64,000 nucleotides of DNA from Podarcis vaucheri (taxonomy: Eukaryota), in NCBI GenBank assembly GCA_965113315.1, contig OZ220363.1, one strand, 5' to 3'. Both the position numbers and the translations under genes were made by a program. The notes under the pieces were generated by a model. It searched no databases. It had not been told where the DNA came from and worked only from the letters and a program-made list of their open reading frames with translations. Below, in pieces: positions 1 through 12,558 of the stretch. How positions within the stretch are numbered: the first letter of the stretch is position 1; each line of letters opens with the position of its first letter.

Positions 1-724
1 CCAAAACAGCTATTACTAACCCATTTTTTTCTGCTGAGATAATCAGTGGCATTCTGTAGGTGATTTATAGAAAAGCCGGTCAGTTTGCATTTTTTAGTGC
101 AGAAAGTATTGATCTTTCCTATTCTAATTAATTCAAGAGGGTTCTGGAAGCTTCTCTGTGTGAAAGAAACAAGCAGAAGGTTCATGGTGTTTGGGTCGTT
201 CCTTCAGAGAAGCTGAGTACAGCTGGCTTAAATTGGTTCTCTTATCTCTTTCTGTCAAGGTCATGCTGACTATAATAAGAGGCCAGAAGGAGCCTGGGTT
301 TCACTCTCTCCTTCGATCTCTTTTCCGTCTGGTGTGGTGTTCTGTACATAGTATGCTTAGTGTTAAGGTTCAGACTTATTATAAGTTATTGTAAGTTTAA
401 GTTAAGTCTGCTGCAACTGGAATTCTTATGGATGGTGCCAATCCTGAATGTATTGGATTTGTGACCATTATGCTCATTTGCCTTCAATAGCAGTAAAGCT
501 CTGCTAGATGAAATACAATTGCCTCTGGTCTATTTTTGGGGAATCCTGCAACGTGTTTAAGTTATTACTCTGCTAACTATACATTGGAATCTACTCTGGA
601 TCAATATTGAGTATAATTCCATGGCAAAGCCTTCTATAAATTCTGGTTCTCTTTGTCTTGGAGTAGAAGAAATGCTTGAAAAAGCTCTCAAATTTATATA
701 CAGTTCTGCTTAATGGAGTGCCTT

Positions 725-3135
725 CTAACAAAGCTTTTCTATGAATAAGCTAAGAAACCTTTCCTGCAAGTTGATCTGCAAGGGAGTAAGCACCCCACCC
801 AGCAAGCCGGAGCGCTTACTCAAGAGTAAGTTCTGCGCCTTTCATGAAATCTCTTAAGGGTGCCTCCAGACTGTCAGTATTTTACAGGAAGGATTCAAGT
901 GCATACCCAGAAATTCAGGTTTCCACAATTAAAGCGGATTAAAGTGCTCTGTCACCATTGTGCAATAAATCCAATCTAAACATAGATATAGATTTTTGAG
1001 AACTCATCCTGATTTGCTTGTACAAAACTGACACAGAAGTTAGGGCTCATCCACACTTCTGCTTGCTCTGCTGTTTCCCCCCAGGAAAACCTGCTGTTTA
1101 CTGCCAAATCAGAGAAAACGTAAATCGAGTTTTCTCCAGATTGACATTTGCTCTGATTTAGTGCTAAAGAGTGATTTTTCCAGAGGAAAGTGACAAGGCA
1201 AAGGCAAAAGCACTCAGTCCTGTAACTGGAAAGCATGGGACAAGCAGAAAACCACTCAGTCCCTTGCTTTCCAGGCATGGGCAAGCAGAAGTGTGGGCAA
1301 GCCCTTAGATTTTGGCAGGGCTTTACTGTGCATCCATCATGATTTGTTTCGACACATCATCTCTTTAGTCATTTGTTCATTCCACACTTTTCAATGGATT
1401 TACCCATCACTTTCCATACCACAGAAAGTCTGTTGCTTTTTTAAAAGCAGGTTCATTGCACTAGGGCAACAGAATGTTTAATTCACTTTAATTGCACAAA
1501 CCTAAATTTCCTGTTTTGTTGTGGGATGCTTCCTGCAAGCTGATGGAGATATGCAGGAAGGGTGTAGAATGAATGAATTAATGGAAAGGCATATAAACAC
1601 TCCAAAAGCAAATCAGGATAAATGCTCCCTACAAATAAATCAGTATATTTAGGGTTGCCATATTCTGAGGAGCAAAAAAGAGGTCACTGTGACAACTCTC
1701 ATTTTTAATAATGCTACTATATGTAGGCAATAGAAGCTATAATATATTGCTGAGGGGGGCAGGAGAAGAGAAGAGGAAAGCAAGTCTTCAGCCACCAGTT
1801 ATGTCTATGTCTCATCAAGAAAGTATAGCCAGAGACATTTTGGTAATTTTTTAAAAAAAATCCACCTGGACAGAAATTTTACTCCTGAAAAAGAGGACGT
1901 GTCCTGGAGAAAGAGGACACATGGCAACCCTAGTATGCATCATAAATCGGTCATATGGAGGTACCCTAAGACATGTGAAACCTCACAGACTTCCCCACTT
2001 TCCTGTATTCAAACCCAGAAGTGGCTTCCTAACCAGAAACTCTCCCCAATATTTTTTCTGTGTTACCTCCCTGAAAAATTTAAAGGCAAAGATGTGCAAA
2101 TTCAGCACAACAGTACTCATTAGTTCTCAGATTGATAAGCAAGCAAACAAATATGTTCTGTTTTGAGTCGAGGCTGCAGAAACAGCCTTTATTTTCATTT
2201 GTACTGTAATGAGTGCACAACTTGGAAATCAGAGGTGAGAAGCAATTAAGTATGCTTACCCTGTTGATTTCAAGATGAATTCATTTTATTGCTGCAAGCC
2301 TGCACTAGAGCAATGGTGAAGTTCATGACATTTACATCATCTACAAGGTTAGAGCTTCTTTACCAACCTTCAGTGCCACAGGATTCTTGAGTTTAAACAT
2401 TTGTGTTTTCAACCCAAGGAAGAAAAGCTGTGCCACCTAACCATGTATGAAACTCAGCTTCTTCTTGCACCAAACAGGAAGCTGTAAGAAGGAATTACAT
2501 GTATATTACTGCATCTTACAATCATCTCAAGCATACATACTTGGTTCCAAACACCTGGAGACCAACCACTCCTTTCAGCAACAATTAAGTTCCACCAGCA
2601 GTCTTGTCCTGGGAGGCCAAATTATTTCCTCCAAAGGATACATAACTATTAGCTTTGTGGACTTCTTGCCAAAGTTGATGTCATATCACAATGTAACTAC
2701 TACTTTATCTGCAGCTTTTAATTAGGCCTAAGGGGGATGCATCCACAACTTTTTCTGAATTGTTCCAGGATTGTCTGTGATTCATAAATGAGGTTAAGAA
2801 CAATGGCTGGCCCCACTCCAACTTTGTAGCCACATAGTGGCCAGGGCTGCATCTATTCAGAGCCTTCTTCAAAAAGCAATGATTCTGCCAAACATCTGTT
2901 CAGAGAGGACAGAAGAGTGGGGAATAGTTTAACCCACCAGATGACTTTCTAAACATATGATTGGCCTAATCCAGCATGTACATGCACATGCATTTTCTCA
3001 TTCTGCTTTGGGTACATACGGGGCATCTGCTTCTCTTTGCATTTGGTCCCTGGCTGGATTGGAGTGACTATGGACTGCATATTTATATAATGCCTCCCTC
3101 AACTTCCTGATCTTCTGCTGGGGTAAACTGGAATC
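725..3135. repeat. Local segmental duplication, copy A (OR upstream region)
   Basis: 725-893 and 2239-3135 align by eye with 4340-5490 (e.g. GAAAAGCTGTGCCACCT, GGGGATGCATCCACAACTTTT, GATTCTGCCAAACATCTGTTCAGAGAG). Confidence 0.85.
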
Positions 3136-3547
3136 ACTTTACTAAACACAAGTTTAGGCTGCTATTACTGTATATGTGCTCATTAGCAAGAAGCACCCAA
3201 ACACACTCCCACATCCAACTTAGAAGCACATATTAGTAGAGTTGGAAGGCACCACAAGGGTCACTTAAGTCCAACCCTCTGCGATGCAGGAATCTCAACA
3301 CATGGTCCCCCAACGAAGTTGAAACCAGACCTGACCCTGTTTGGCTTTGCAATTGTGCTAGCAGTTTTATTGCTGCATCACTAACCATAACTGGACCTGT
3401 CAACTGCCTCTGGCTAGCATGCAAACTCCCTATCCAAACCTCCTCTCCAATCCCCATTTACTTAGTCACCACCTAATGGCCAAGGCACCTCCACAACCAA
3501 CCTGAAAGTGGGCAGTACAGGAACAGCCGCTCAGTTAACTTGATTGG

Positions 3548-3575
3548 CTGCTGCTGCTGCTGCTGCTGCTGCTGC
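3548..3575. repeat. (CTG)n microsatellite
   Basis: Seen directly. Confidence 0.95.
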
Positions 3576-3877
3576 CCAGGAGGATTCCCCTGCTAAGTGC
3601 CTGAGGGCTCCAGTCCTGCCACTCACCACTTGGTCTAGGGCGGGGCTTGACGGGCTCCATAAAGGACTGCTGCTGCTGGGCAAGGAGGACTCCAGTGTTT
3701 TTTTGTTGGTTTTTTTAAAATTGCTGTTATTTTTTACCTATGTCATTTTAAACTGTGATATTAGTGCTGTATTCTTAGTTTTAGATTTTGATTTATGTGG
3801 AAATCGATTTCTTTTTGGTTGTGTCTTTTTTTGATGTGGTTTATTTATTGTTTATGACTTTTGTAATTATGACACCT

Positions 3878-4062
3878 AGGAAATAATACATGGGAGAATT
3901 CAGGCAGGAGCTGAAGACGATAGTGACAACTATGAGGAGGTTTCCCAGCATGATGACTAAATAGAGGAAGAGGAAGAGCACAAAACATACTTTCTCCAGG
4001 TCTTCATTTTGGGTGAGGCCAAAGAAGATGAACTCTGTCACATTGTTTATATTCTGCATCAC
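3878..4062 (-). pseudogene. Truncated olfactory receptor (family 4) pseudogene fragment, N-terminus to start of TM2
   Basis: Translates [30 protein letters not shown]...GNLLIVVTIVFSSCLNSPMYYFL, closely matching the N-terminus of the OR at 16335-17291. OR homology stops right after PMYYFL and unrelated sequence follows. Confidence 0.9.
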
Positions 4063-4339
4063 CTGAACTCCTCATCTGTGACTAGATCACCTGCAATGAG
4101 AATAAATAAATTTGCTCTTCTACTGTTATTGAGTAGTTGAGATCCAGAACATACTGTGGAGGCTGATATCCACTACAGTGAACATAGTATTTATGCATTT
4201 TCCCCACTCTCCTGCAACACTACAACCTCTCATGTTCCATTCTGTTCACTTCACTGCATCATAGTTGCAATGCCCTGCAGTGCCCCTTAAGCTTGGCACC
4301 CAGGGTGAGAACCAGTCGTGCTGCCCTACATCTGCCTCT

Positions 4340-5490
4340 GCTTCTAAACAGAGCTTTTCCATGACTAAGCTGAGAAACTTTCCCTGCAAGTAGATCTAGA
4401 AATGAAGTAGCACTCCAACCAACTGCTTTGCCCAGCAAGCTGAAGTGCTTACTGAAGAGTAGGTCCCATGTCCTTCATGAAATCTATGACAATTGTCAAT
4501 ATTTTGCAGGAGGAAGCAATTAACTATGCTTATCTTATTGCTTTGAAGCCTAGTTCATTTTATTGTTGCTGGCTGAGCAACTCTGGAGTTCATGGCATTT
4601 AAACCACCTGCAACATTAGAGCTTTGTTATCACAGGATGCTTTAAAGTCTAAAAAACACTGATGCTTTCAACCGAAGAATGAAAAGCTGTGCCACCTGAC
4701 CACATATTATCTTCAGCTTCTTCTTGTACTCAACAGAATGATGTAAGAAGAAATCATCTTATTGCATCTGCCAGTGTTCTCTTCTATGAATCTTCTTGCA
4801 CTAAACTGTGATTGAAATATTTAAGGTCAAGTATACATAAGGGTTCCAAACACAACTACTCCTTTCATCAACAATTAAGCTCTTCCAGTCTCTTCCTGGG
4901 AGGCAAAGTTAGTTCCTCCAAAGGATATATAACTTTTTGCTTTGTGGAACTTTTGCCAAGTCTGATGTCACATCACAGTTTAGCTACTCCTTATCTGCAG
5001 CTTTTAATTATGCCCAAGGGGGATGCATCCACAACTTTTCCTGAATTGTTCCAGGATCCTCAACTGCATTCTACTATTCCTCAATTGTCTGTGGTTTCAT
5101 AAAATCAAGAGGTACAGAGCAATGGCCCCACTCCTATTCTGTAGCGACACAGCAGCCAGGGCTGCATCTATATGGGGCCTTCTGCAAAAGGCAGTGATTC
5201 TGCCAAACATCTGTTCAGAGAGAAAGGAAGAGTAGGAAATGTTTTAGCCCACCAGCCCACTTCTTAAACATTTGATTGGCCCAATTGTTACTCTTTGAAG
5301 AGTGCACAGCCCCAGCAGTGGATCAGTCTGCATTCACAGCATCTGTTAGCAAATGTGTTTCCTTGTTCAGCTACACATAGGGGCATCTTCTTCTCCTTGC
5401 ATGTGGCCCCTAGCTGAACTAGAGGGAGTATGGGTTGCATAGGTATCAATTTCCACCCTCAACATCCTGATATTCTGCTGGGCTAAACTG
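4340..5490. repeat. Local segmental duplication, copy B
   Basis: Paralogous to 725-893 plus 2239-3135; lies directly upstream of the OR pseudogene fragment. Confidence 0.85.
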
Positions 5491-5969
5491 GATCAGGCTA
5501 GCTTTTTCCTCAGATGCCCCTGTCTCCTCATGCAAGCCCAGTCAAGCCAATATAGGAACATAGGAACCTGCCTTTTATCGAATCTGACCATTGTTCCATC
5601 TAGTTCCGTTTTCTACACTCTTCTTTTTATGGTTGCAGCTATTTTATTTATTTTATAATTGCATATTCTATTGTTGCAAGCTGCCCTGGGACCTTGTGTT
5701 AAAGGACAGGTTAAGCAGCTCATAAAATTAATAAGGAATAAATATCACATACTCTGACTTGCAGCTGCTCTCCAGGGCAGGGGCAGACCTTCGTGGTATG
5801 CTGTCATGTGCAAGGCCATTTGCACCCACATGACACAGGCTGAAGCCGAGTTTTGAGAAGGAGGAGACCTCCTACTTCCTTCCTGAAGCCAGGCAAGTGC
5901 TTACCAGGCTTTGAGAATGCACCCTCCTTGGGTCATGCCTTTTTATAGTAATCTACAGGAATGGTGAGT

Positions 5970-6695
5970 AATGGGGGATATAGCAGAAGTGTATAACCAT
6001 ATTCATGGTGTGGAGAAGGTTGTTAAGGGAGAATTTCTCCTCTCACAATACTAGAAAGCGGGGGAGATCCATTGAAGCTGGATGTTGGAAGATTCAGGGC
6101 AGAAAAAAGGAACTACTTCTTCATACGGCTCATAGTTAAATTCTGGAAATCTCTCACAAGAAGTAATTGTTGTTTAGTCGTTTAGTCGTGTCCGACTCTT
6201 CATGACCCCATGGAACAGAGCACGCCAGGCACTCCTGTCTTCCACTGCCTCCCACAGTGGAATCCCGCAGTGGAACCCCTTCATGGATCACTGCCTTGCC
6301 ATGGCGAAGGAGCTTGCATAACTCAGAGAAGCTATGAACTATGCCAAGCAGGGCACCCAAGATGGACAGGTCATAGTGGAGAGTTTTGACCAAACGTGAT
6401 CCACCTGGAGCAGGAACCGGCAAGCCACTCCAGTATCCCTGCCAAGAAAACTCCATGGACAAAGACAAGAAGTAATGGTGGTCACCAACTTGGATGTCAT
6501 TAAAAGAGGAGAAGACAGATTCATGGGTCATAAGGCTATTGATGGCTAGTAGCCATGGTGGTTATGTTCTAGCTCCTCTGTTGGAGGTAGAATGCCTCTG
6601 AATACCAGAGAGAGTACTGGCATCTGGATGGCCACTGAGAGACCATAAGGCCAGACTAGATGGGCCTCTTCAGCAGACTTCTTCTTACGTTGTTT
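5970..6695 (+). mobile_element. Degraded CR1 LINE 3' fragment, interrupted by a BovB insertion
   Basis: CR1-like 3' sequence (GGAGAAGG...CTCTCACAATACTAGAA...TACTTCTTCATAC...TTAAAAGAGG) resumes after 6476. Confidence 0.7.
6168..6464 (-). mobile_element. BovB (RTE-clade) LINE remnant with inverted 5' segment
   Basis: 6168-6258 is a BovB 3' end on the minus strand (GAGTCGGACACGACTAAACGACTAAACAACA). ~6259-6464 is BovB 5'-end sequence on the plus strand. 12-bp TSD ACAAGAAGTAAT at 6156-6167 and 6465-6476. Confidence 0.8.
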
Positions 6696-7570
6696 TGTTC
6701 CTAGTTGACATCCCAAAGTTCACCCTTCATACTCTTCCCTGGTGCCTGGAGAAAAGGGCAATTTAAAACAAAACAGTGCCCTTATTGCAGTGCCCTGCCC
6801 TCCTTTCCACCTTCCCCTCCCCACCACCAACCCAAGCAGCTCCTGAGCAAGCATTTTCAAGAAAAGTTCCTTTTAGTTTTTAGGGTTTTTTAATTTAAAA
6901 AAATTAACTCTCTGCAAAAGACTGTAGTGTCCTAACATAAAAGTCACTGTCCCTCTGCAGATGAGGCAATAAAGCCTCTTGTCATTTCAACGCCACACCT
7001 CTTTCCATGAAAGCATTTAGGTTGGGCTGCCATATGTCCCGGACATTACTGGGATCTCAAAGGCAGAAGTGATGCCTGGGGGGAATTCGCAGAAGGCAGT
7101 GGTTTGTCCTGGATCTTCAGTTTTCTTGGTGTTTTCCTTAAAAAAAAAAAAAAAAGTTCAACAGCTTTCAGGTTTTCTTTTATAAAGCTCAACAATTTTG
7201 GTGGTTTCCTTTCATTAAAAAAAACTGAACAACTTTCTGGTTTTTACTTTTTGAAATATGCCAACCCTATTTTTACGTACTAACGAATATAATATTTATT
7301 TGTTTATTTTATTCCATAAAAATCATATACTGATTGATTGTTTTAAAAAACTCAAAGCGGTTCATAATATACTTTATCCTGGTGGCCTGCTCTGAGTATA
7401 ATCATATTTATTTGCATAGATAAGAACACTAAGCAAGAACACAAATGTATGAGTCCTTCCTTTACTAAAATATAAAAAATGAAACCATATCAGGAGGGAA
7501 CCATTCCTCTCCAGATTCAGATCTAATGGCTGAGCCCTGTAAAATCATAATCTTATTTCACGCTTTTTAA

Positions 7571-8500
7571 TTAACCACCCCAAAGTACTTTTTTCTTGCT
7601 CCATAATTTTCTCATTGCATTTTTCACCTCTTCATTTCTCAAGGTGTAAATCAAAGGGTTGAGCATAGGGGTGATAATGGTGTAGAACACGGCCACACCC
7701 TTGTCCTCTGAGAACGTGGTGGAAGGCCTCAGGTAGATGAAGATGCAAGGCACAAAAAATAAAATCACTACCGTGATGTGAGAGCCACAGGTGGAGAGGG
7801 CTTTGAGGCGCCCTTCAGAAGAACGAGTTCTCAGAGTGACTAGGATAATGATATATGAAATTGTCAGGAGAACAAAACTGACTAGAGAAACCATGCCACT
7901 ATTGACAATGACAACATACGCAACAATATGAGTATCAGTACAGGCCAATTTCAATAGAGGGTGGACATCACAAAAATAATGGTCAATTTCATTGGGCCCA
8001 CAGAAGGGGAGATGTAAAGTGAGGAGAGTCTGTACCATCGAATGTGCAAATGCTCCCAGCCATAATGCCCTCATCGTCCAATTGCATACACTTTTGCTCA
8101 TAATAGTTGTGTAATGGAGGGGCTTGCAGATAGCTATGTACCGGTCATACGCCATCACTGTAAGGAGGAAGATTTCAGTGACACCAAAGAAGTGGAACAC
8201 AAAGAGCTGTGTCATGCAGCCAGCAAAGGAGATGATTTTTTTCTCAACAAGGAAGTCTGCAATCAGTTTGGGGGCAGTAGCAGATGAGTAGCCAATATCT
8301 ACAAAGGAGAGGTAACTCAGGAAGAAATACATGGGAGAGTTCAGACGGGAGCTGCTCTTGACGGTGGCAATGATAAGTACATTCCCCGTTAATATTGCTG
8401 CGTAGAGGACCAGAAAGAGTGCAAAAGAGGCTTTTTGTAAGTCCTGATCTGCGGTGAGTCCCAAGAAGATGAATTCAGACACATTGTTCCTGTTCGCCAT
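7571..8500 (-). CDS. Olfactory receptor, class II, family 4-like (309 aa, intact, single coding exon)
   Basis: OR motifs present: N-glycosylation site [58 protein letters not shown]; seven hydrophobic segments. Confidence 0.97.
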   Translation of the reverse strand: MANRNNVSEFIFLGLTADQDLQKASFALFLVLYAAILTGNVLIIATVKSSSRLNSPMYFFLSYLSFVDIGYSSATAPKLIADFLVEKKIISFAGCMTQLFVFHFFGVTEIFLLTVMAYDRYIAICKPLHYTTIMSKSVCNWTMRALWLGAFAHSMVQTLLTLHLPFCGPNEIDHYFCDVHPLLKLACTDTHIVAYVVIVNSGMVSLVSFVLLTISYIIILVTLRTRSSEGRLKALSTCGSHITVVILFFVPCIFIYLRPSTTFSEDKGVAVFYTIITPMLNPLIYTLRNEEVKNAMRKLWSKKKVLWGG

Positions 8501-9800
8501 GCAGTCAGAGGATACGGTCGATTACAACGCAGAATTAGAACAACCTGCCATTGTACAAAAATAAGGAACAGTGTCAACAATGAGGGTTATTTTCGAATAC
8601 AGCAATGAAAAAACAACACATCCACAAACTAGATGTTAACATCTGAAGTTTCCCGAGGATTCACATTCTAAAAATATAAAATAAGATATTTCACTCTGCA
8701 GTTAATCAATTTGTATTCAGCAATTCAAGAAAGGAAATCTAGGAGGTGTGGTAATTCAGCTGCAGAATGGTTCATTGGGGGAATAGTCCATAACTTGGGA
8801 TGCAAGCGTGCTATTTACATTTCTAGATTTAATAAAGTCTTACAGTCAGCTATAAAATACATTTGTTGTCAACATCTGTACAGAAATCTGATCCTTTATT
8901 CATTCACTTGCTTTCCTTATTCTGAACAGCCCTGTTAACATCGCCATAGAATACTGTCGCTCTCAAATCAGCCACGGAGACTGCCATGAACAACCTAGTA
9001 ATGCATGTATTTTCAGGTGCCACTGATGTTTCCTTGTTGCTGTGTCACCTCCCTTAATGCAGCTATTGCCAGTGGTATACTAAGGATAGCCCCTACAGTG
9101 ATGATGGTTATCTATTTTTTAAAAGTTATTTATTCGAACAAAAGCATACACTTCAACAGCATACAAAGAAGAAATCAGCAAAGAAAAGCAACAGAGCAGA
9201 ATGAAAACTAGAATCAAACATAGACATGCAGACAAAGTACAATTTTGGGTCATTTTATTCACATTCCCTGGAAAATAATTATCGTTACTGGTGATGGGGA
9301 GTTGTTTAGGGAAGCTTTTAATATTGGTTAATTGTTGTACAGTATTTTAATATTTTGTTGGAAGCCACCCAGAGTTATTAAATTAATTCCTACGAACACC
9401 ATCTCCCCAAAAGTGGAAATACGTGTCTTTGGGTTTTTTACATTTTGGAGACATTTTTACATTTTTGCATTTTGGAGACAGACTGGGATTAATGTATGAA
9501 AATATTACCAGCGTATAGTTCCACCTAAAGAATATATTGAGTAGAGTCTTGAATCTTTACTGTGATTGATTTCACAGATACCTTGTTCCTTATCATTTCC
9601 TATTGGATGATGTCAATATCATAACCCAAATACTTTTCCCAACATTTTTGTGATCCGGTTAGATCAATAAAAGAACAAATGATCAATGCTTTCCACACTA
9701 ACAGCAATGGTCACATGAGACGAGGGGCTTAGTGTTGGGCTGTGTAACATAGGAAGCTGCCTTAGACTGAGTCAGATCACTGATCCATATAGCTCTACAG

Positions 9801-10189
9801 CAGGAGTAGGTAACCTAAGGCCTGGGGGCTGGATGTGGCCCAATAGCCTTCTCAATCCGGCCCACAGACAGTACGGGAATAAGCGTGTTTTTACATGAGT
9901 AGAATGTGTCATTTTATTTAAAATGCATCTCTGGATTATTTGTGGGGCCTGCCTGGTGTTTTTACATGAGTAGAATGTGTCCTTTTATTTAAAATGCATC
10001 TCTGGATTATTTGTGGGGCCTGCTTGCTGTTTTTTACATGAGTAGTATGAGTGCTTTTATTTAAAATGCATCTCTGGGTTATTTGTGGGGTATAGGAATT
10101 CATTTTTTTCTTCAAAATATAGTCCAGCCCACCACATGGTCTGAGGTACAGTGGACTGGCCCACAGTTGAAAAAGGTTGCTGACCCCTG
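9801..10189. mobile_element. hAT (Charlie-type) non-autonomous DNA transposon with internal ~70-bp tandem repeat (x3)
   Basis: Ends CAGGAGT...ACCCCTG; 8-bp TSD CTCTACAG (9793-9800, 10190-10197). Confidence 0.85.
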
Positions 10190-12261
10190 CTCTACAGTGA
10201 CAGATGATGGCTCTCCAAGGTTTCATACAGGGGCCTCTCCCAGCCCTACCTGTAGATGCCAAGGATTGAACCTGGGACCTTCAAAATAGATGCTCAACCA
10301 TGGAGCTATGTTCCTTACCATGTCCATATGCCCTGTTGCCTTTTAGAGGGGATCATCAATGTCAAGTCTGAAATACTGGATCAGCTGTTAGGCAGCAAAT
10401 GGGGCTCTGTATGGACAGCTATTGTCCCACAGTCTCTTGTTTAAGTCATTGTTCTTTGCATCAGGGCCAAAGAGTTCCAGTCCAATGCACAATGTATTGG
10501 GAATAAGGCCCATTATTGACCCAGCAGAACTTAATTCTGAATAAGCATTGGATTGGGCTGGACAACCGGAAGCAAGCAAGCCCAGTATCATGACCACCTC
10601 AACCATGGATGAGGAACCTGTAGCTCTCCAGATATTGTTGGACTCCAACTCCCATCACCCACAGCCACTATGGACAGTGGTTAGGAGTGATGGGAGTTGT
10701 AGTCCAACAACATCTGGAGAGCCACAGTTTCCCCGTCCTTGACCTAAGCAAGCCATTCAACATTTTTGTACAACCTTCTTACCATGGTCAGAAAGGAAAG
10801 GACACATTTTTAAATGTGGTTTTTATTATCCTCTTTGGGGCACATATCAAGAACCTGCAGTAGCAGAAACATTAGATAACTGTGTGAAGTTATCTGTCAA
10901 TCAGTGACATTGCCAATATGGGCAGAGAGACTCAAAATATCTCTTTTCTTGCACCTTAGTTGCCTCTTATTGATCATGATTTGAACCTCTCTTCTTCTTT
11001 TTAACTTACCCTTGTTGCCCTCACAATTTGCATTTAGTTTACCACTGAACACTCATGCCTGAAATAAGAGACCTGGAATCTGACAAAATGTTAACCATGT
11101 GATTATTCCAGTTGCCTCAGGATAAAGGAAAAGAACCCATAAACTTTTACCCCTTCCCACGTGTTCTGAACCCATCGTGACTTTGCCAGAGAGGGGGGTG
11201 TAATGTCACATCAAAATAAAATGGAATTTTTAAAATGGCACTTTGAGGAGTGTTTTAAGAATAAATAAGGAAGTGTTGTATGTACCTCGATGCAGCATTA
11301 AAGAAAGAAAGAAATGAACCATTTGGAAATCCCAATCAACATTTTCTTTAGTGCAATAATAATCAGTGATCTGTACGCTTCATTACTGTATCTCGCCGTT
11401 CTTACCTGGGTAGTCTTGATTGAGGAGTGTCCTTTAAGGGCGCTGCTGGGCTGTCGCTTATCTTCAGGTGGGATTCAACCACATACCAGCAAATTCAGGT
11501 TGTGCAATTAAAGTTCGTACACAACAAACCCAACCCCCACCCCACAAATGCAGACTTCTGTGATAAAATGTGCTAGAAAGTATGTGAAAACATTTGCCTG
11601 ATGCAATGTTATATAAGCACCTCACAAAGAAATCAGCATAACCGTTCCATAGAAGGCAGATGTTGTGTAACTCCCCTGAAAAATTTGTGCAAAAAATAAA
11701 CTGGTCCTCTGGAAGAGATCCTATTTCACGATCTGCCAGCACTGACAAAGTTTCCTTTATACCTTCTGTGACCAAAGTTGCTGCATCTCTCTACCAAGTT
11801 TATCTGTTCTTTGCTTCACTGAACTGCTCTGCAATTCCTCCAACTGACATCTGTCCCAGTGCTGGTGACGCTGGCCAAACCCCCCTCTTGAGAGCAAAAG
11901 ACCAGCTGAAGCTATTGACTCGATATATTTATCTCAAATCACTGCTGCTTCTACAAAATCTTTGGGAAGGTTGTCACTCCTCTCCTTTTTCTGAACTGAA
12001 ATATTTGCACGTGATAATGCTCTGCAAGGGCACATCATCGTCATCAATTTAGTTAATAAGCTCTCAAAAGAGTATAGACGTTTCCCAACAGAAAAACGTT
12101 CATGAGGAAGCAATGCAAAACTTTTTTTTAAGACACAGGACAGAAATATCAATCAAGGTTTTGTTTTTTTCTATCATTATCCCTTTTTCATTTTTAGAAG
12201 TTAGAATAGAAACTCCAGAGTTTAGTTCATTCTCTGATGTTTAAAATCAAGGCAACTTGTG

Positions 12262-12485
12262 GACTTCCGGGGTGGCGCCACCTGCAATGGTGGACTCCCT
12301 CTGAACTGGAGGGACCAGCTCCGCATGAAACGGGTCTTTTCCGCTGCGGCGAAGCAGGGACCCTTCTGGAAATCACAGGCGGATGAAGCCTGTGACCATG
12401 GGACTTCTTTTCTTTTCTTTTCTTTTCTTTTTTCTATTTTGTAATTTCTTGAAAATCTTAATAAATATCTTATAAAAAATAAAAA
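12262..12485 (+). mobile_element. Short bipartite L1-derived retroposon (5'UTR start fused to 3' end and A-rich tail)
   Basis: Starts GACTTCCGG, ends AATAAA plus A-rich tail; 20-bp TSD TAAAATCAAGGCAACTTGTG (12242-12261, 12486-12505). Confidence 0.7.
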
Positions 12486-12558
12486 TAAAATCAAGGCAAC
12501 TTGTGACATGATGGACATTTATAAAATGATGCATGGCTTGGAGAAAGTGGGTGGAGAA

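Noticed and set aside
3544-3834. Poly-Ala-initiated ORF
   Set aside because: Produced by a (CTG)n microsatellite, starts at TTG and runs into a T-rich tract.
9885-10090. Three ~70-bp repeats, superficially array-like
   Set aside because: Head-to-tail tandem repeats without unique spacers inside a hAT MITE in vertebrate DNA; not CRISPR.
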